A stretch of 64,000 nt of DNA, from assembly GCF_044704955.1 (NCBI RefSeq), contig NC_091980.1, positions 130,386,001 through 130,450,000 of the forward strand. The letters run 5' to 3'. This stretch comes from Pristiophorus japonicus (Eukaryota). The notes beneath the pieces were generated by a model, which made no database searches, had not been told where the DNA came from, and was given only the letters and a program-made list of their open reading frames with translations. Shown piece by piece: positions 46,995 to 64,000 of the stretch (its first letter is position 1; each line of letters begins with the position of its first letter). A program made the translations under genes and the position numbers.

Positions 46995-47679
46995 CTTTAC
47001 ATCTCTCAATGGCACTTTTGGAGTATCGATGTCACCACAATTCATACGCTGAAGACGCACAATTCTACAATTCAGGTTGGCTTGGCGTTGCGTGCTGATG
47101 GGTTCGACGGCTTCATGTTTCAGACAAAACAAATTCTTCAGCTCACTCGATGTGAAAAACTTTACAGGTGCTCATGTTTTAAGAATTACATAGAATTTGC
47201 AGCATAGAAAAAGGCCATTCAGCCTGTCAAATTTCAGTGGTGAGTGGTCCTTCTCAAACGTAAAATGCATCAAGGATGAGGTGAGGAACTGAATGGGACA
47301 AGATCGATTTAATAGTCTTTCAATCATGAGCATGGAGAGCAAAGTACTGAGAGGACTTGACTTCACACACTGAGCCTCCTTCCAACTTCATTTAACCCTA
47401 TCAGCATATCCTTCCAATCCTTTCTTCCTCCCTCATGTGTTTATCCAGTATCCTTAAACACCGTCTATGCTTTTTGTCTCAACTATTCCTTTCGATAGCA
47501 AGCTAAACATTCGAAACACTCTCTGAGTAAAGAAGTTTCTTTTGAAGTCTCTCTTCGATTATTAATTCTAACTTTCTATATAATTCTGTGGAGATCAGAA
47601 CTGTGTACAATACTCCAAGTGTTGTCTCGCCAAGGTTCTATATAAATTTAACATGCTGCACAGGGATGTGGTTCAGTTC

Positions 47680-49172
47680 ACCTCAACCGTCTTGTCCCTG
47701 TGGCCGAGAAGCTCCTCCCGGAGTCACAGTGCGGATTTCGTCCCCTACGGGGAACAACGGACATGATCTTTGCAGCACGCCAACTGCCGAAAAATGCAGG
47801 GAGCAGCGCCAGCCCTTACACATGGCATTTTTCGATCTTACAAAGGCCTTTCACACTGTCGACCGTGAGGGCTTATGGAGCGTCCTCCTCCATTTTGGAT
47901 GCCCCCAAAAGTTTGTCAACATCCTTCGCCTGCTCCACGACGACATGCAGTCCGTGATCCTTACCAGGCGATTTGTTACAGACCCATTCCACGTCCGAAG
48001 CGGGGTCAAACAGGGCTGCTTCATCGCTCCAACGCTTTTCTCAATCTTCCTTGGTGCCACGCTGCACCTCGCTGTCAACAAGCTTTTCGCTGGTGTGGAA
48101 CTAAACTACAGAACCAGTGGGAAGCAGTTTAATCTATGCCATCTCCAGACCAGGTCCTAGATTAACCAAACCTCTGTCAGTGAACTGCAGTATGCGGACG
48201 ATGCCTGTCTGCACACATTCTGAGGCTGAACTCCAGGATATAGTCGATGTATTCACCGAGGCATATGAAATCATAGGTCTTATGCTTAACATCCATAAGG
48301 GAAAGATCCTCCACCAGCCTGTCCTCGCCACACGGCACTGCCCCCCAGACATCAAGACTCACGGCGTGGCCCTCGACAATGTGGACCACTTCCCATACCT
48401 CGGGAGCCTGCTGTCAACAAAGGCAGACATTGCTGCGGAGATTCAACATCGCTTCCATTGCACCAGTGCAGCTTTCGCCTGCCTGAGGAAAAGAGTGTTG
48501 GAAGACCAGGCCCTCAAACCTACCACCAAGCTCACAGTCTACAGGGCTGTAGTAATACCCACCTTCTTGTATGGATCAGAGGCATGGACGACTTACATCA
48601 AGTCGCTGGAGCTATATCACCAAAGATGTCTCCGCAAGATCCTGCAAATCACCTGGGAGGACAGACGCACCGACGTCCGTGTCTTTGCCCAGGCTAATAT
48701 CCCCAGCATTGAAGCACTAACCACACTCGATTAGCTTCGCTGGGCAGGCCACTTAGCCTACATGCCAGACATGAGACTCATTAAGCAACTGCTCTATGCG
48801 GAACTACTTCTTGGCAAACGAGCCAAAGGTGGGCAACGGAAGCGTTACAAGGACACCTTCAAAGTCTCCCTGATGAAGTGCGACAGCACCACTGATGCTT
48901 GGGAGACCCTGGCCAAAGACAGCCCTCGGTGGAGAAAGTGCATCCGGGAGGGCGTTGAGCTCTTCGAGTCTCAATGCTGCGAGCGTGAAGAGTTCAGGCA
49001 GCGGAAGGAGCATGTGGTAAATCAGTGCCACCCACCCACTTCCCCTGACGAATATCTGTCCCATCTGTGACAGGTTCTGTGGCTTTCATGTTGGACTGTT
49101 CAGCCACCAACGAACTCACTATAAGAGTGAAAGCAAGTCTTTCTCGATGATGAGGGACTGCCTATGATGATG
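47680..49172 (+). mobile_element. 5'-truncated RTE-clade LINE, unit-2 copy
   Basis: LLPESQCGFRPLRGTTDMIFAARQL, GVKQGC, FPYLGS, GGQRKRYKD; ATGATGATG tail. Confidence 0.9.
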
Positions 49173-49459
49173 GGTTCAGCTGCAGGTATTCCTCGCTCTG
49201 AGCTCAGAACTGCGCTAATGGATAACACTCATCTGTGCCTTTTTATCTCTCTAGAATTGACTATTTCAATGCTCTCCTGCTGGCCTTACATGCTCCATAA
49301 ACTTAAGCTTATCCAAAACTCTGCTGCCTGTATCCGAACACACACCTAGTCCCACTCACCCATAACCCCTGTGCTTGTGGACTATCATTGGCTCCCGGTC
49401 TGACAGCGCCTCAAATTCAAGTTTCTTATCCTTGTATTAAAATCCCACCATGGCCCCTC

Positions 49460-49615
49460 CCTCACCTCTTTTCCCAGCACATTGATAACATCGGTGCCTT
49501 TTCCTGCTCTCACAATAAACTGGAAAATTTTATTCACTATGTTCCCAATTTCCACCCTTCACTCACCTTCACATGGTCCATCTCTGTCACTTCACTTCCC
49601 TTCCTCGACTTCTCA
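49460..49615 (+). mobile_element. Penelope-like RT fragment (paralogue ~22885-23045)
   Basis: HIDNIGAFSCSHNKLENFIHYVPNFHPSLTFTWSISVTSLPFLD resembles the Penelope YIDD...HPxLxFT...LPFLD segment. Confidence 0.7.
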
Positions 49616-50409
49616 GACTTCTGTCTAGAAATAGAGACAATCAACAAATATCCAATGAGTTGTTTGGATGTTGTTTCAAACCTGCAGATACCTGCAAATG
49701 ACCAAACCACTGAACAATCCAGAACTATTAAAAAGACACTGACTCTTTCAAGGTGGCCATTAACTGGTCCAGGCAGAGCACGGTCGATGGGGTGTTCTCT
49801 CCATCTGTCTGCCTCTCTTCCACGGCTATATCCGTGACCGGGTGTCCCTGGAGAGGGAGCACGCGGTGTCCGCCGGTATGCTTGAGGCTTTCCGTGACTG
49901 GTAGGCACCAAAGGGAAGTGGAGTGCAGCGCAGATACAGGGAAATAATGTAAAATTTTTTAAGTTTTTATGTTAGTTTTGTCATAATGTGGATCTGACAG
50001 TTTATTTCCCCTTATAAAGGGGGCACTTGTGGTTTAAGTGTTTCCGATAGCTGATTTAATCATTCCAATTAATTAGCCCAAAGAATAGAGGATCCAATTA
50101 AACCTGTGTCTCTGGATATTTGAACTGTGTTTGAGGAAAGTTAGGATAATTGAGATCCCCATTGAGATGTCAGCCAATGATACTCATTCTTCAAAGATCT
50201 GATTGGCTCTGGGAGTCCAACTCCTCTCCTCCTTTTACTTGATTGGTGCTCTGAGAAGATGCAACTTCTGATTGGGTATTGACGACTGTCACTCATCAAG
50301 AGTGCCACATGCTGGATTATCCCTCAGGATAATACAGGAGTTTGAGTCTGGCTAAATGTTACTTTTGTACTTGTACGAAGTTTTTACTTTTGAAAAATAA
50401 AACATTAAG

Positions 50410-54699
<4,290 letters not shown>

Positions 54700-57600
54700 C
54701 TGAAGCTTCTGATCAGTACTCGTGTTTAAACAATGTGTGTGTGTGTGTGAGACTTTGTCCTACATAGAATGGTGGCTTTGTACAGCCTGGGACCTGGACG
54801 CTTGATGTGAAATATAATTAACTGTAAATAAACTGTCTAATATTGGACTGGCTTTTGTCTCCTTGCAAGTTTGACTGGCTGCTTATTTTCCATTTACCAT
54901 AACTTGGTTGCAGCACAAGTATTGCACTCGGCTATGCAACAGCCATACATTGGTTACAGCACATGAGGCCATTCAGCCCGTCGAGCCTGTGCCGGCTCTC
55001 CAAGAGCACCTTAGCTAGTCCTACTCCTTTGCATTTTCCCTGTAGCCCTGCAATTATTTTCCTTCAGGTACTTGTCCAATTCCATGATTGAAACTGCCTC
55101 CACCACCCTCTTGGGCAGCGCAATCCAGATACTAACCACTCACTGCATAAAAGTTTTTCCTTATGTCAGCTGTGGTTCTTCTGTCAATTGCCTTAAATTT
55201 GTGTCTGCTGTTCTTGTCCCTTCTGTCAGTGGGAACAGTCCTATAATTTTTCGCTTTTTGCTGGGGTAATTTCAATATATTGACATTTATATTCATAAGA
55301 ACTTAGGAGCAGTAGCAGCCCATTTGGACCTTTGAAGCCTGCAATCCCATTCAATATGATCATAACTGATCCTTTAACAACACCATGCTTTTACCCCATA
55401 GCCATTGATGCCTTTTGTATCAAGATATCTATCTCCTTCTTAAATATATTCAGTGATTGGGCTCCACTGCCTTCTGTGGTTAATAGTTCCCCAGCTTCCC
55501 CATCCTCTGAGTGAAAACATTTTTTATCTCAGTGCTAAATTTCCTACCCCATATCCTGAGCCTGTGACACTTTTTAGTCTCAACTTCACGGCCAGGGGCA
55601 ACTTCCTCCCCACATCCAGTCTATCCAATATGTTCCAATAAGATCCCCTTTCACTCTTCTAGTGAATACAGGCCTGGTCAACCCAATCTCTCACGATAAT
55701 CTTTCCATCCAAGGAATCAGTCTGGTGGGACTTTGCTGCACTCTTTCTTGGTTAAGGAGACCCAAAACTGTGCATAATACACCAGGTGTAGTTTCACCAA
55801 GGCCCTGTATAATTGTAGTAAGACATCCTTGCTCCTGTACTGTGAACAATTATAAATATTACATTTGGTTTCCTCCTCTCAATCTATTTATTTATATATA
55901 TCTATATAAAGATATATATATATATGACTAGCTGGTGCCCAAGCACTGAGCCCTGTTGTTTCTCACTAGTTACTGGCCACCACCCAGGAAAAGACCTGCT
56001 TATTCCTACTCTGTTTCCTATCAATTAACCAATATTCAATCCGTGCCAGTATATTACACCCAATCCTATGTGCTTTAATTTTGCACACTAACCTCTTGTG
56101 GGATATTATCAAAGGCCTTCTGAAAATCCAAATACACTACATGCACTGGTTGTCCCTTATCTAATCTCAGTTACATCCTCAAAAGAAAATCCAGTAGGTT
56201 TGTCAAACACTTTGATTTTCATGAATCCATATTGACTTTGTCTAATCCCGTTGATATTTTCTAAGTGTCCCTTTATCACATTCTACTAATGTTCGGCTAA
56301 ACAGGCAGTAGTTACCTCTTTTCTTTCTCCTTCCTTTATAAAATAGTGGGATTACATTTGCCACCCTCCAATCTGCAGCAACTGTTCCATAATCGGTAGA
56401 ATTTTGGAAGATAATAACCAATGCATCCACTATTTCCATGGCTACCACTTTTAGTACTCTGGGATGCAGATTATCAGGCCCTGGGGATTTATCAGCTTTC
56501 AGTCCCATTTGTTTCTCCAGCACTGTTTTCTGACTAATAATCATTCCCTTTACTTTCTCTTGCTCACCAGACCCTCGGATGTTACTTGTGTCCTCTTCTG
56601 TGAAGACAGAACCGAGGTATCTAATTGTTCTGCCATTTCCTTGTTCCCCATTATAAATTATCCCATTTGTGACTGTAAAGGACCTACATTTATCTTCGCT
56701 AATCTTTTTCTTTTTACATACTGGGAGAAACTTTTACAGTCGTTTTTTATGATCCTTGCAAGTTTAGTCTCGCACTATTTTCCCCCTCTTAAACAATCTC
56801 TTGGTCCTTTTTTGCTGAATTCTAAACTGCTCCCAATCCTCAGGCTTGTTACTTTTTCTGGCAACTTTGTATAACTCCTCTTTGGATCTAATACTATCCT
56901 TAATTGCTTGTGTAAACCATGGTTGGGCCACTTTTCCTTTTGTGTTTTTGCAGCAGAAAGGAATGTATAACTGTTGCAATTCATGCATTCGTTCCTTAAA
57001 TGTTAGCCATTGACTATCCACCATCATGCCTTTTAATGACTCTTCCCAATCTATCATAGCCATTCCTCATACCTTCGTAGTTTCCTTTGTTTAGATTTTG
57101 GACCTAGTTTTGGATTGGACAACTTCACTTTCAATCTTCATGAAGAATTCAATCATGTTATGATCATTCTTCCCGAAAGGACCCCGCACAAAAAGACGAT
57201 TAATTAACTCCTTCTCATTGCATAATACCCAATCTACGACAGTTATTCAGACATGTTGAAGACCTAATTTCAATTGTACTTATATGTAATGACTCAAAAA
57301 TCTGGTTACTGTAAACTCACTCAGGTGCAACATCATCCATCTTTATTCCAGCCCAAGAGTGCCAGTGTGACAAAGACATCCAGCTTACACCCAGCTTACA
57401 TACAGGTGATCAAGCACACATGCCACATGTGTACAGCCCGACGACCTCCGACCGCGGCACCCTCTGGTGTCTTGTGACCCCCACGCATTAATACATAAGA
57501 GAATATCTTGCAAATTCTATTCATGCATTTCAATCTAGCGTTGCAATGCTGCAATACAACAGTTGAAAATGTTCACGTTTGTTCAGCCACATAAGGCAGT

Positions 57601-57850
57601 GGGACCACAGGTAAATGTTAGTGTCTTAAAGGAGGCAGAGAGGTTTACATAATAACATGCAATGTCATTTGGCACCTCGAGCCTGTTCCGCCATTCAATA
57701 AAATCATGGCTGGTCTGAACTTGGTCTCAACACTTTCCTGCCTGTTCCCCATAACCCTTGACTCCCCTATTGTTCAAAAATCTATCTATCTCCACCTTAA
57801 ATGTATTCAATGACCCTGCCTCCACACACACACACACACACACACTCACA

Positions 57851-58111
57851 CAGTACTGAGTGAGTGCCGCACTGTCAGAGGGGCAGTACTGAGGGAGTGC
57901 CGCACTGTCGGAGGGGCAGTACTAAAGGAGTGCTGCAGTGTTGGAGAGGAAGTACTGAGGGAGCATTGTATTGTCAGAGGGGCAGTACTGTCAGGGTTCT
58001 GCACTGTCTGAGGGGCAGTACTGAGGGATTGCTGCACTGTCAGAGGGGCAGTACTAGGGGATTGCTGCACTGTCGGAGGGACAGTACTGAGGGATTGCTG
58101 CACTGTCGGAG
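57851..58111 (+). repeat. 33-bp minisatellite, unit-3 copy (about 8 units)
   Basis: Same unit; runs directly into a SINE body. Confidence 0.92.
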
Positions 58112-58352
58112 GTACCATCTTTCAGATGAGATGCGAGGCTGTCTGCTCTCTTAGGTGGACGTAAAAATTCTCAGGTTGCTATTTTGAAGAAGCGCAGGGA
58201 GTGTTCTCTCCGGTGTCCTTGATAATATTTATCCCGCAACCAAAACAGATTATCTGGTCATTAACATACTGCTGAACTTGATTGGTTGTAAAGAGCTTTG
58301 AGACATCCTGAGGCCATGAAAGGGCTATATAAATGGAATTCTTTCTTCTTTC
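58085..58352 (+). mobile_element. Deu-domain SINE body (SacSINE1/AmnSINE1-like)
   Basis: CTTTCAGATGAGA...GGTGGACGTAAAA...CCGGTGTCCTTGATAATATTTATCCC...AACAGATTATCTGGTCATT and a GCTATATAAAT...(TTC)n tail; recognised from memory of the family. Confidence 0.7.
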
Positions 58353-58702
58353 TAAGAGGATAAACGTTCCCAAGCCTCCTTTAAGTTTAAGTTTCTTTCA
58401 ACATCTTTTGTGAAGTTGCAATCTTTATTGGTTGTGCCTTTTGAAAAAGGGGCCCATGCTTGACTTTTAATTGACAATTGCCGCCGACAAAAAGAAGAGT
58501 CAGCCAAAGATGCACATTCTTCAAAATTCATGACTGGCTCTGGGAGTCATGGCCCCTCCTCCCTTTACTTGATTGGTGCTCTGACAGAGGCTGCAACTTG
58601 TGATTGGGTATTGAGGAATGACACTCACAGCTAGACTGTCCCGCCCTGGATTATCCAGCAGTGTAAAGACAGGAGTTTGAAAATAGGTAACTCTCAGCTT
58701 CA

Positions 58703-58721
58703 TGCTTCAACAAGGCTCAGA
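58703..58721 (+). promoter_or_regulatory. Degenerate, non-functional iron-responsive element remnant in the 5' UTR of F
   Basis: TGCTTCAACAAGGCTCAGA versus the canonical ferritin IRE core TGCTTCAACAGTGCTTGGA (15/19), in the expected cap-proximal position. Confidence 0.6.
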
Positions 58722-58742
58722 TTTTTGGAAAAGCAAATTAGG

Positions 58743-61700
58743 ATGGCCTCTCAGAACTACCACAAGGACTGTGAGGCTGCTGTCAGCCAGCAGGTCAACA
58801 TGGAGCTCAGTTCCTCCTATGTTTATCTTTCCATGGTGAGTCTTGTATTTCTGAGCACTTCACAATGCACCTGCTGCAATGTCAATTTACTAGATTCTGT
58901 GCTGTATCTGGCCCACCCTCACTTGATGCACAGTGAATTCATTTGTTAAAGCTCTGCTATAATGGTTGGGAAACAAATCTTCACTCGTGTGGTGGAAGTC
59001 TGGAACATATTCTCTCTCTCTCCTTGCTTCCCACATTCCACCTACCCAAGGCTGTGGCTGCCTGGGCAAGGTTTTTGTTGGCTAAGGGTATCAAGGGATT
59101 GGAACATCAGCAATAGGAGTAGGCCATTTGGCTGATCTCTCCCCTCAATTCCACCTTCCTGCACTATCCCCATGGGCCATAATTTCTTAAGTTTCAAAAA
59201 ATTTATTGACCTCTGTCTTGAATATACTCAATGACTGAGCATCCACAGCCCTCTGGGGTAGAGAATTCCATAAATTCATCACCCTGTGAGTGAGGAAATT
59301 TCAACTGCTCTCAGTCTTTAATGGCCAACCCCTTATTCTCAGACTTTGACCCCCCTGGTCCGAGATTTCCCCAGTTAGGGTAAACATTATTTCTGCATTA
59401 ACCCTGTCAAGCCCCTTTAAGAATTTTGTTTAATTAGATTTGCATCTCATTCTACTAAACTCTAGAACATTGGCCTAGTCTACTCAATCTTTTCCCATCA
59501 GGCCATCTCATCATTCCAGAAACCAGTCTCGTGAAACTTTGTTGTTCCACCTCTAATTCAAGTATGTCCTTCATTGGGTAAGGAGACCAGCACTGTACAC
59601 AATACTTTGGTGACACACCAAATGCCCTGTGCAATTATAGCTACATTTTTACATAAACTCCAATCCCTTTAACAAAAGCTCACATACCATTTGCTTTCCT
59701 AATTACTTGCTGGATAAATAGAGTTAAGCTGCAGATCTGACTAAATTGAATAGTGGAACAGGTTTGAGGGGCTGAATGGCCTACTCTTGATCTCCTCGCT
59801 TTACTTACCAGTTTTTGCCCTTCTGTTTTTTTCTCTAACTCCCTTTTGCTTTATTGGTGGTAAAGCCTTCAGCCATTTCCCCCCTACTCGGTGGAGCTCT
59901 CCCTTAACCCCTCTGCTTCCCTGCCTTGACCTTCATTGGTGACCTCCAACTGAAGGGTAGTATCTGGTTGTCTGCTGGAATGCCTTGATGTTTAGTTTTG
60001 AAGGTGCCAAATGAATGCTGATTAGTTTTGGTTCCACGGGATGAATGTAGCCAGTAACACTTGAGCCAGATGTACTATGAATTGTGTGCTGTGACTAGAT
60101 CTCTACTTTAAGGGCTTTGCTTCTAGTTCCAGTAGTGCCCATTGCATAGCCTGTACAAAATGGATCTTGGTCAATAAACCATGATTGGAATGGTACTGTT
60201 AATAATCATTCACTAATTTCTAAACCTAGACTTGAGCATTGGGTGCCAAGATTAAGGTTATAGCTTTGAGCATGTTCTATCAAAGCTGAATTGATAACCA
60301 TGGGATGATGCAGCAGTGAAGGAGGCCATCCGGCCCATTCTGCCTGTGCTGAATGTTGGGTGGAGCTATCCAACTCGTCCCACTCCCCTGCTCCATCCCA
60401 TAGCCCTGCAAAAGTGACTGTTTGTTTTTTTTTAAGCTGTTGCCATTTAAATTACTTCCACCATCCTTTCTAGCACCCCATGCATTTATTTAAAAAAAAA
60501 AGTTGTCTCTTGTTGCCTCTGGTCCATTTGCCAATCACCTTTTGATTTTCCATTATCCAGCTTCCCTATTGCTAGGGGATTATCCCCTCTCTACCACATT
60601 AGTGAAGTCAGTCGGCTGGTGCTAGCTTGTATAACATTGTACATGGAAATTCAGGGAGACATTGTACCCTTTGAAAGAAGCAAAATTGAGTTTATGTACA
60701 ATACGCACAATAATGGATCTGCCATGCGATACCCAACTACTCTTCCGATCTCTCTGCAGTCCTTCTACTTTGACCAGGATGATGTTGCCCTGTGTCACTT
60801 TGCTGAGTTCTTCAAGGAGCAGTCACATGAGGAACGTGAGCATGCTGAGAAACTGATGGAATTCCAGAATCGGCGTGGGGGCCGCATCATCTTGGCGGAC
60901 ATCAAGGTTTGGCTCCATAAACAATGGGCCTTCTGTCTGGCTTCCCTTGGACTGATTGCTCCCCATACATTCTAAAGCAGTTGGTTCCAATTTACAGCAC
61001 AGAAACTAGCCATTTGGACAAACTGGTCTATGCTGGTGATTAGGCTCCAGATGTCTCCCACCTTGCTTTTATACAGCAACATATCCTTTGATTTATTTTT
61101 CCCTTGTCTACTTATTTAGCTCCCCATGCAATACATCTATTCTACTCACCTGATCAATTTAACTCCAATGGTTGATGGCTTAATGCAGTAATTCTATATT
61201 CTAACACATAGGTTCATCGCATCCTTGACTTCTGATTGCATTTTTTTCATCCCTAATTCCTTCAATACTGTTTGTTTAATCCATTGTAAAGGAACTGTGA
61301 CGTTCCTCTTCAGAAACCAGAGCAGGATGAGTGGAGCAATGGTCTGGAGATGATGCAGAGAGCTCTGCAGATGGCGTAGAATGTGAACCAGAGTCTGCTG
61401 GATCTGCATAAACACTCCAGTGGGAGCACTGACCCTCATGTAAGTTCCTCATGTGGGTTTCTGGGTAAGTTGGAGGCGGTTGAACCTTGCTGTCCTTGAG
61501 CCTATTACAAAAATCTCTGCCCAATAGCTTCCTGTTGGTGTGTATTTTTTTGGTGGGGGGAGTGGAGCAGTGGTAGGAAGGGACAGGAGGTTGGCCTACT
61601 GTGGACATTGACTAGTAAATGTGTGCCAGCAACTTTCGTGCAGCAAGTTTAATCGAAATGATGCAGTAATTCCATTAAGTTCAATTGCACCACTTAACTA

Positions 61701-61957
61701 ACCTCCAGTTCAAGAGGATTAAAATCCAAACTCTTGATGGGTAAGCTCTGATATTCATTGATATCTGCTCCTGGTCACAACTAGTTTCCCTCTTCTCCTG
61801 CAGTTGTGACTTCCTGGAGACCCACTACTTGGATGAACAAGTGAAGATGATCAAGAAGCTTGGAGATCACATCACCAACCTGAAGAGACTGGGAGCCCCT
61901 GAAAATGGCCTGGGGAAGTACCTGTTTGATAAGCACATGCTAGGGATGAGCGGTTGA
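58743..61957 (+). pseudogene. Ferritin copy F (divergent type), unprocessed pseudogene; exons 58743-58835, 60760-60906, 61314-61439, 61804-61957
   Basis: 9-nt in-frame deletion in exon 1 (MASQNYH). E104>A followed by TAG at 61377-61379. 2-nt deletion at the start of exon 4 (TTGTGAC, giving TGA at 61807-61809). TATA decayed to TGTAAAG. Confidence 0.92.
59100..59790 (-). mobile_element. Decayed CR1 3' fragment(s) in intron 1 of F
   Basis: Similar to the 25810-26450 part of the intact CR1 (GGTAGAGAATTCCA, GGAGACCAGCACTGTACACAATACT, ACCATTTGCTTTC). Confidence 0.7.
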
Positions 61958-62951
61958 ACTGACTGCCAGGAACAAGCTTATTGTGTTCAGTACGAGTGTT
62001 TATATAATTGTGTGTGAGACTCATTCCTGTAGAGAATGACAGCCTGTGACTTTATGCAGGCTGTGAGACTTGGCCTCGTGATGTGAAGTGTATATAAACT
62101 GTTCAATATGGGACTGGACTTTGTCTCATTGTAAATTTGAGTGAGTGGTTGCTTATTTTCAACTTTACATCAGCCCAGAATTACACTGGGCTGTGTAACC
62201 ACTTTATTGTTCCTCTTTCCTGCTGGTGTACATCTGACTTGTTGAGCGGCATTGTCAACGTCTTGTGTTGAAGATGTCATTCCAATTCTGTGTGTCCATT
62301 TCGAGTAAATTATTTGGTGCATTTCACTGATTGTTGCAATGCTGTAATCTAACAACTTGCATTGATGTAGTACCTATAAACGTATGCTCTTTGGGAGTTG
62401 ATGATTATGGGGAGCATGCAGCAAAGTGAAGTTGAGGCTAAGATCAGATCAGTTGTGATCTTACTGAATAGTGCACTAAGCTCGAGGGCCCAAATGGCCA
62501 ACTCCTGCTCCTATTTCTTAGGGAGGGAACTCTCGAGCAGAGGGCCAAGGCAGCTGAATACAAGTAACTGCTCCCACTAATGATGAATATTCTCTCTGCC
62601 CTTTGCATCAATGGCAACAATTTAACCCCTCAATACAACAAAATGTCAGCTGCTGTAATGTTCAATGCATGGAGAGTTTTCCAGTCCATTAGTGTTTAAC
62701 CATTTCATTCCAAACTAACACTCCCAGTTTAGGTATTTATTTAAAGTAAGCTACCAACACCACTCAGTTACTCCTGTAGACTACACTGCAGGTTGCTTAC
62801 TCAACTGAACTCATCATTGCTGCTATTGACTTTCTGTTCTGCTTTGTGGGCAACGTAGCACAGAATGCTGATTTTGACTCCCAATATCTGAGCTCATTAA
62901 GTGAGCCATGATATTATGGGGCAAGGGAAGTACAATTGGGTGACTGGGAAA

Positions 62952-64000
62952 TGTTATGTGTTGTCCAGGTACCTTAAATGTATAAGTACAATGGTGCATC
63001 ACAGAAGGTGGTGTGGTGGGAGATGTGAAAGTACCTGCAAGACAGAGTATAAAAGGCTACCCACCACACCTGAGGCATTCTGGAGTTACATAATAAAGGA
63101 CTAAGGTCATAGCAGTTGTATCAACACCAGCCTGTGTGGAGTCAGTGATGTGTGTACTACATCCATTACAGTGACAACGAGGAAGTGGATGAACTCCATG
63201 CAACCATGGCTACTCTGGGCTCGCTAAAGGATTTTACCGTGGGCAATGATCGAGAGGCTTTTACCGAAAGGCTTGCGTACTACTTCACAGCAAACGACCT
63301 GAAGGGGGACACAGACGCACTGAGATGCATAAGGCGATATTGCTTTCCAGTTGTGGCGATGAGGTTTACTGTCTCGTCAAGGATTTGCTGGCACCCGCGA
63401 GCGCCAAAGCCAAATCACATGAGGAGCTGGTCGCTCTCATTCGTGACCAGTTGAAACCAAAGGAGAGCATCCAGATACAAATTCTACTGCAGACCCGAGG
63501 GCCAGAATGTCACCAAATATGCTGCGGACCTCAGGAGACTCGCGGTGCCTTGTGATTTTGGCGCACACCTTGACTAGGCGTTGCGGGAAGTTTTTGTTCT
63601 AGGGATTGGCCATGAGTGCCTCCTTCACAAGTTCCTAGCCACGGAACCCAGAGTCACCCTGACAAAAGCCATCATCAACCGGGCCGATATGATCTCGACT
63701 TGCAGCACCAAGCAAATGATCCACACAGTCTCGAAACCGGCAGGCACTGTCCACAGGATAGCGCCCGCCACAGACAAAACTGCAGAACGTGGCTCTGCCC
63801 GGGGCAGAGACCACGGACCTCATGGTCCTAGAACTCAGAGTCCTCTGAGGGGGGCCAATCAAGCAGCACCATGCTGGCACTGCGGAGAAAACTAGAGGGC
63901 TCACCGGTGCAGGTTTGCGGAGTATACGTGCAATACCTGCCACCTGAAAGGCCACCTTCAGCATATGTGTAAAAGAAATCTGACTCATCATGTGGCTGAG
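62952..64000 (+). mobile_element. 5' LTR and decayed gag of a Gypsy (Mag-like) element, running off the window
   Basis: LTR TGTTATG...TTACA at 62952-63170 with TATAAAA and AATAAA; degenerate PBS TGACAACGAGGA; gag start MATLGSLKDFTVGNDREAFTERL at 63206; zinc knuckles CWHCG and CNTCHLKGHLQHMC. Confidence 0.88.

Noticed and set aside
58495-58635. AP-1/ARE-like words (AGAGTCAGC, TGACACTCA) in the F promoter
   Set aside because: Imperfect matches that are not conserved in the B and C promoters.

Overview
Vertebrate, not prokaryotic, DNA. A cartilaginous fish (shark) is the likely source, inferred from the CR1, RTE, Mag-type Gypsy and Deu-domain SINE repeats. The window is a head-to-tail (+ strand) tandem array of six 4-exon ferritin (heavy/middle-subunit type, 176 aa) gene copies, here labelled A-F. 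It is built from a roughly 19-20 kb two-gene core repeated about 2.5 times: unit 1 = 1-24063, unit 2 = 24064-~50620, partial unit 3 = ~50620-58110, then a divergent copy F. A (exons 2-4 in window), B and C have open frames with the ferroxidase ligands. D has a GT>AT exon-1 donor, and E and F carry stops and frameshifts. None of the five visible 5' UTRs has a functional iron-responsive element; F keeps a recognisable decayed one. Each unit has private insertions: a Gypsy LTR element in A intron 2, an intact full-length CR1 LINE with an 83-bp monomer array in C intron 1, and a pol-less LTR element plus a solo LTR in unit 2. I found no evidence of a novel multi-gene enzymatic system. The most notable signals are the IRE-less ferritin array, the intact CR1 with a monomer array, CTCF-like motifs carried by LTRs, and a SINE-derived minisatellite at a breakpoint.
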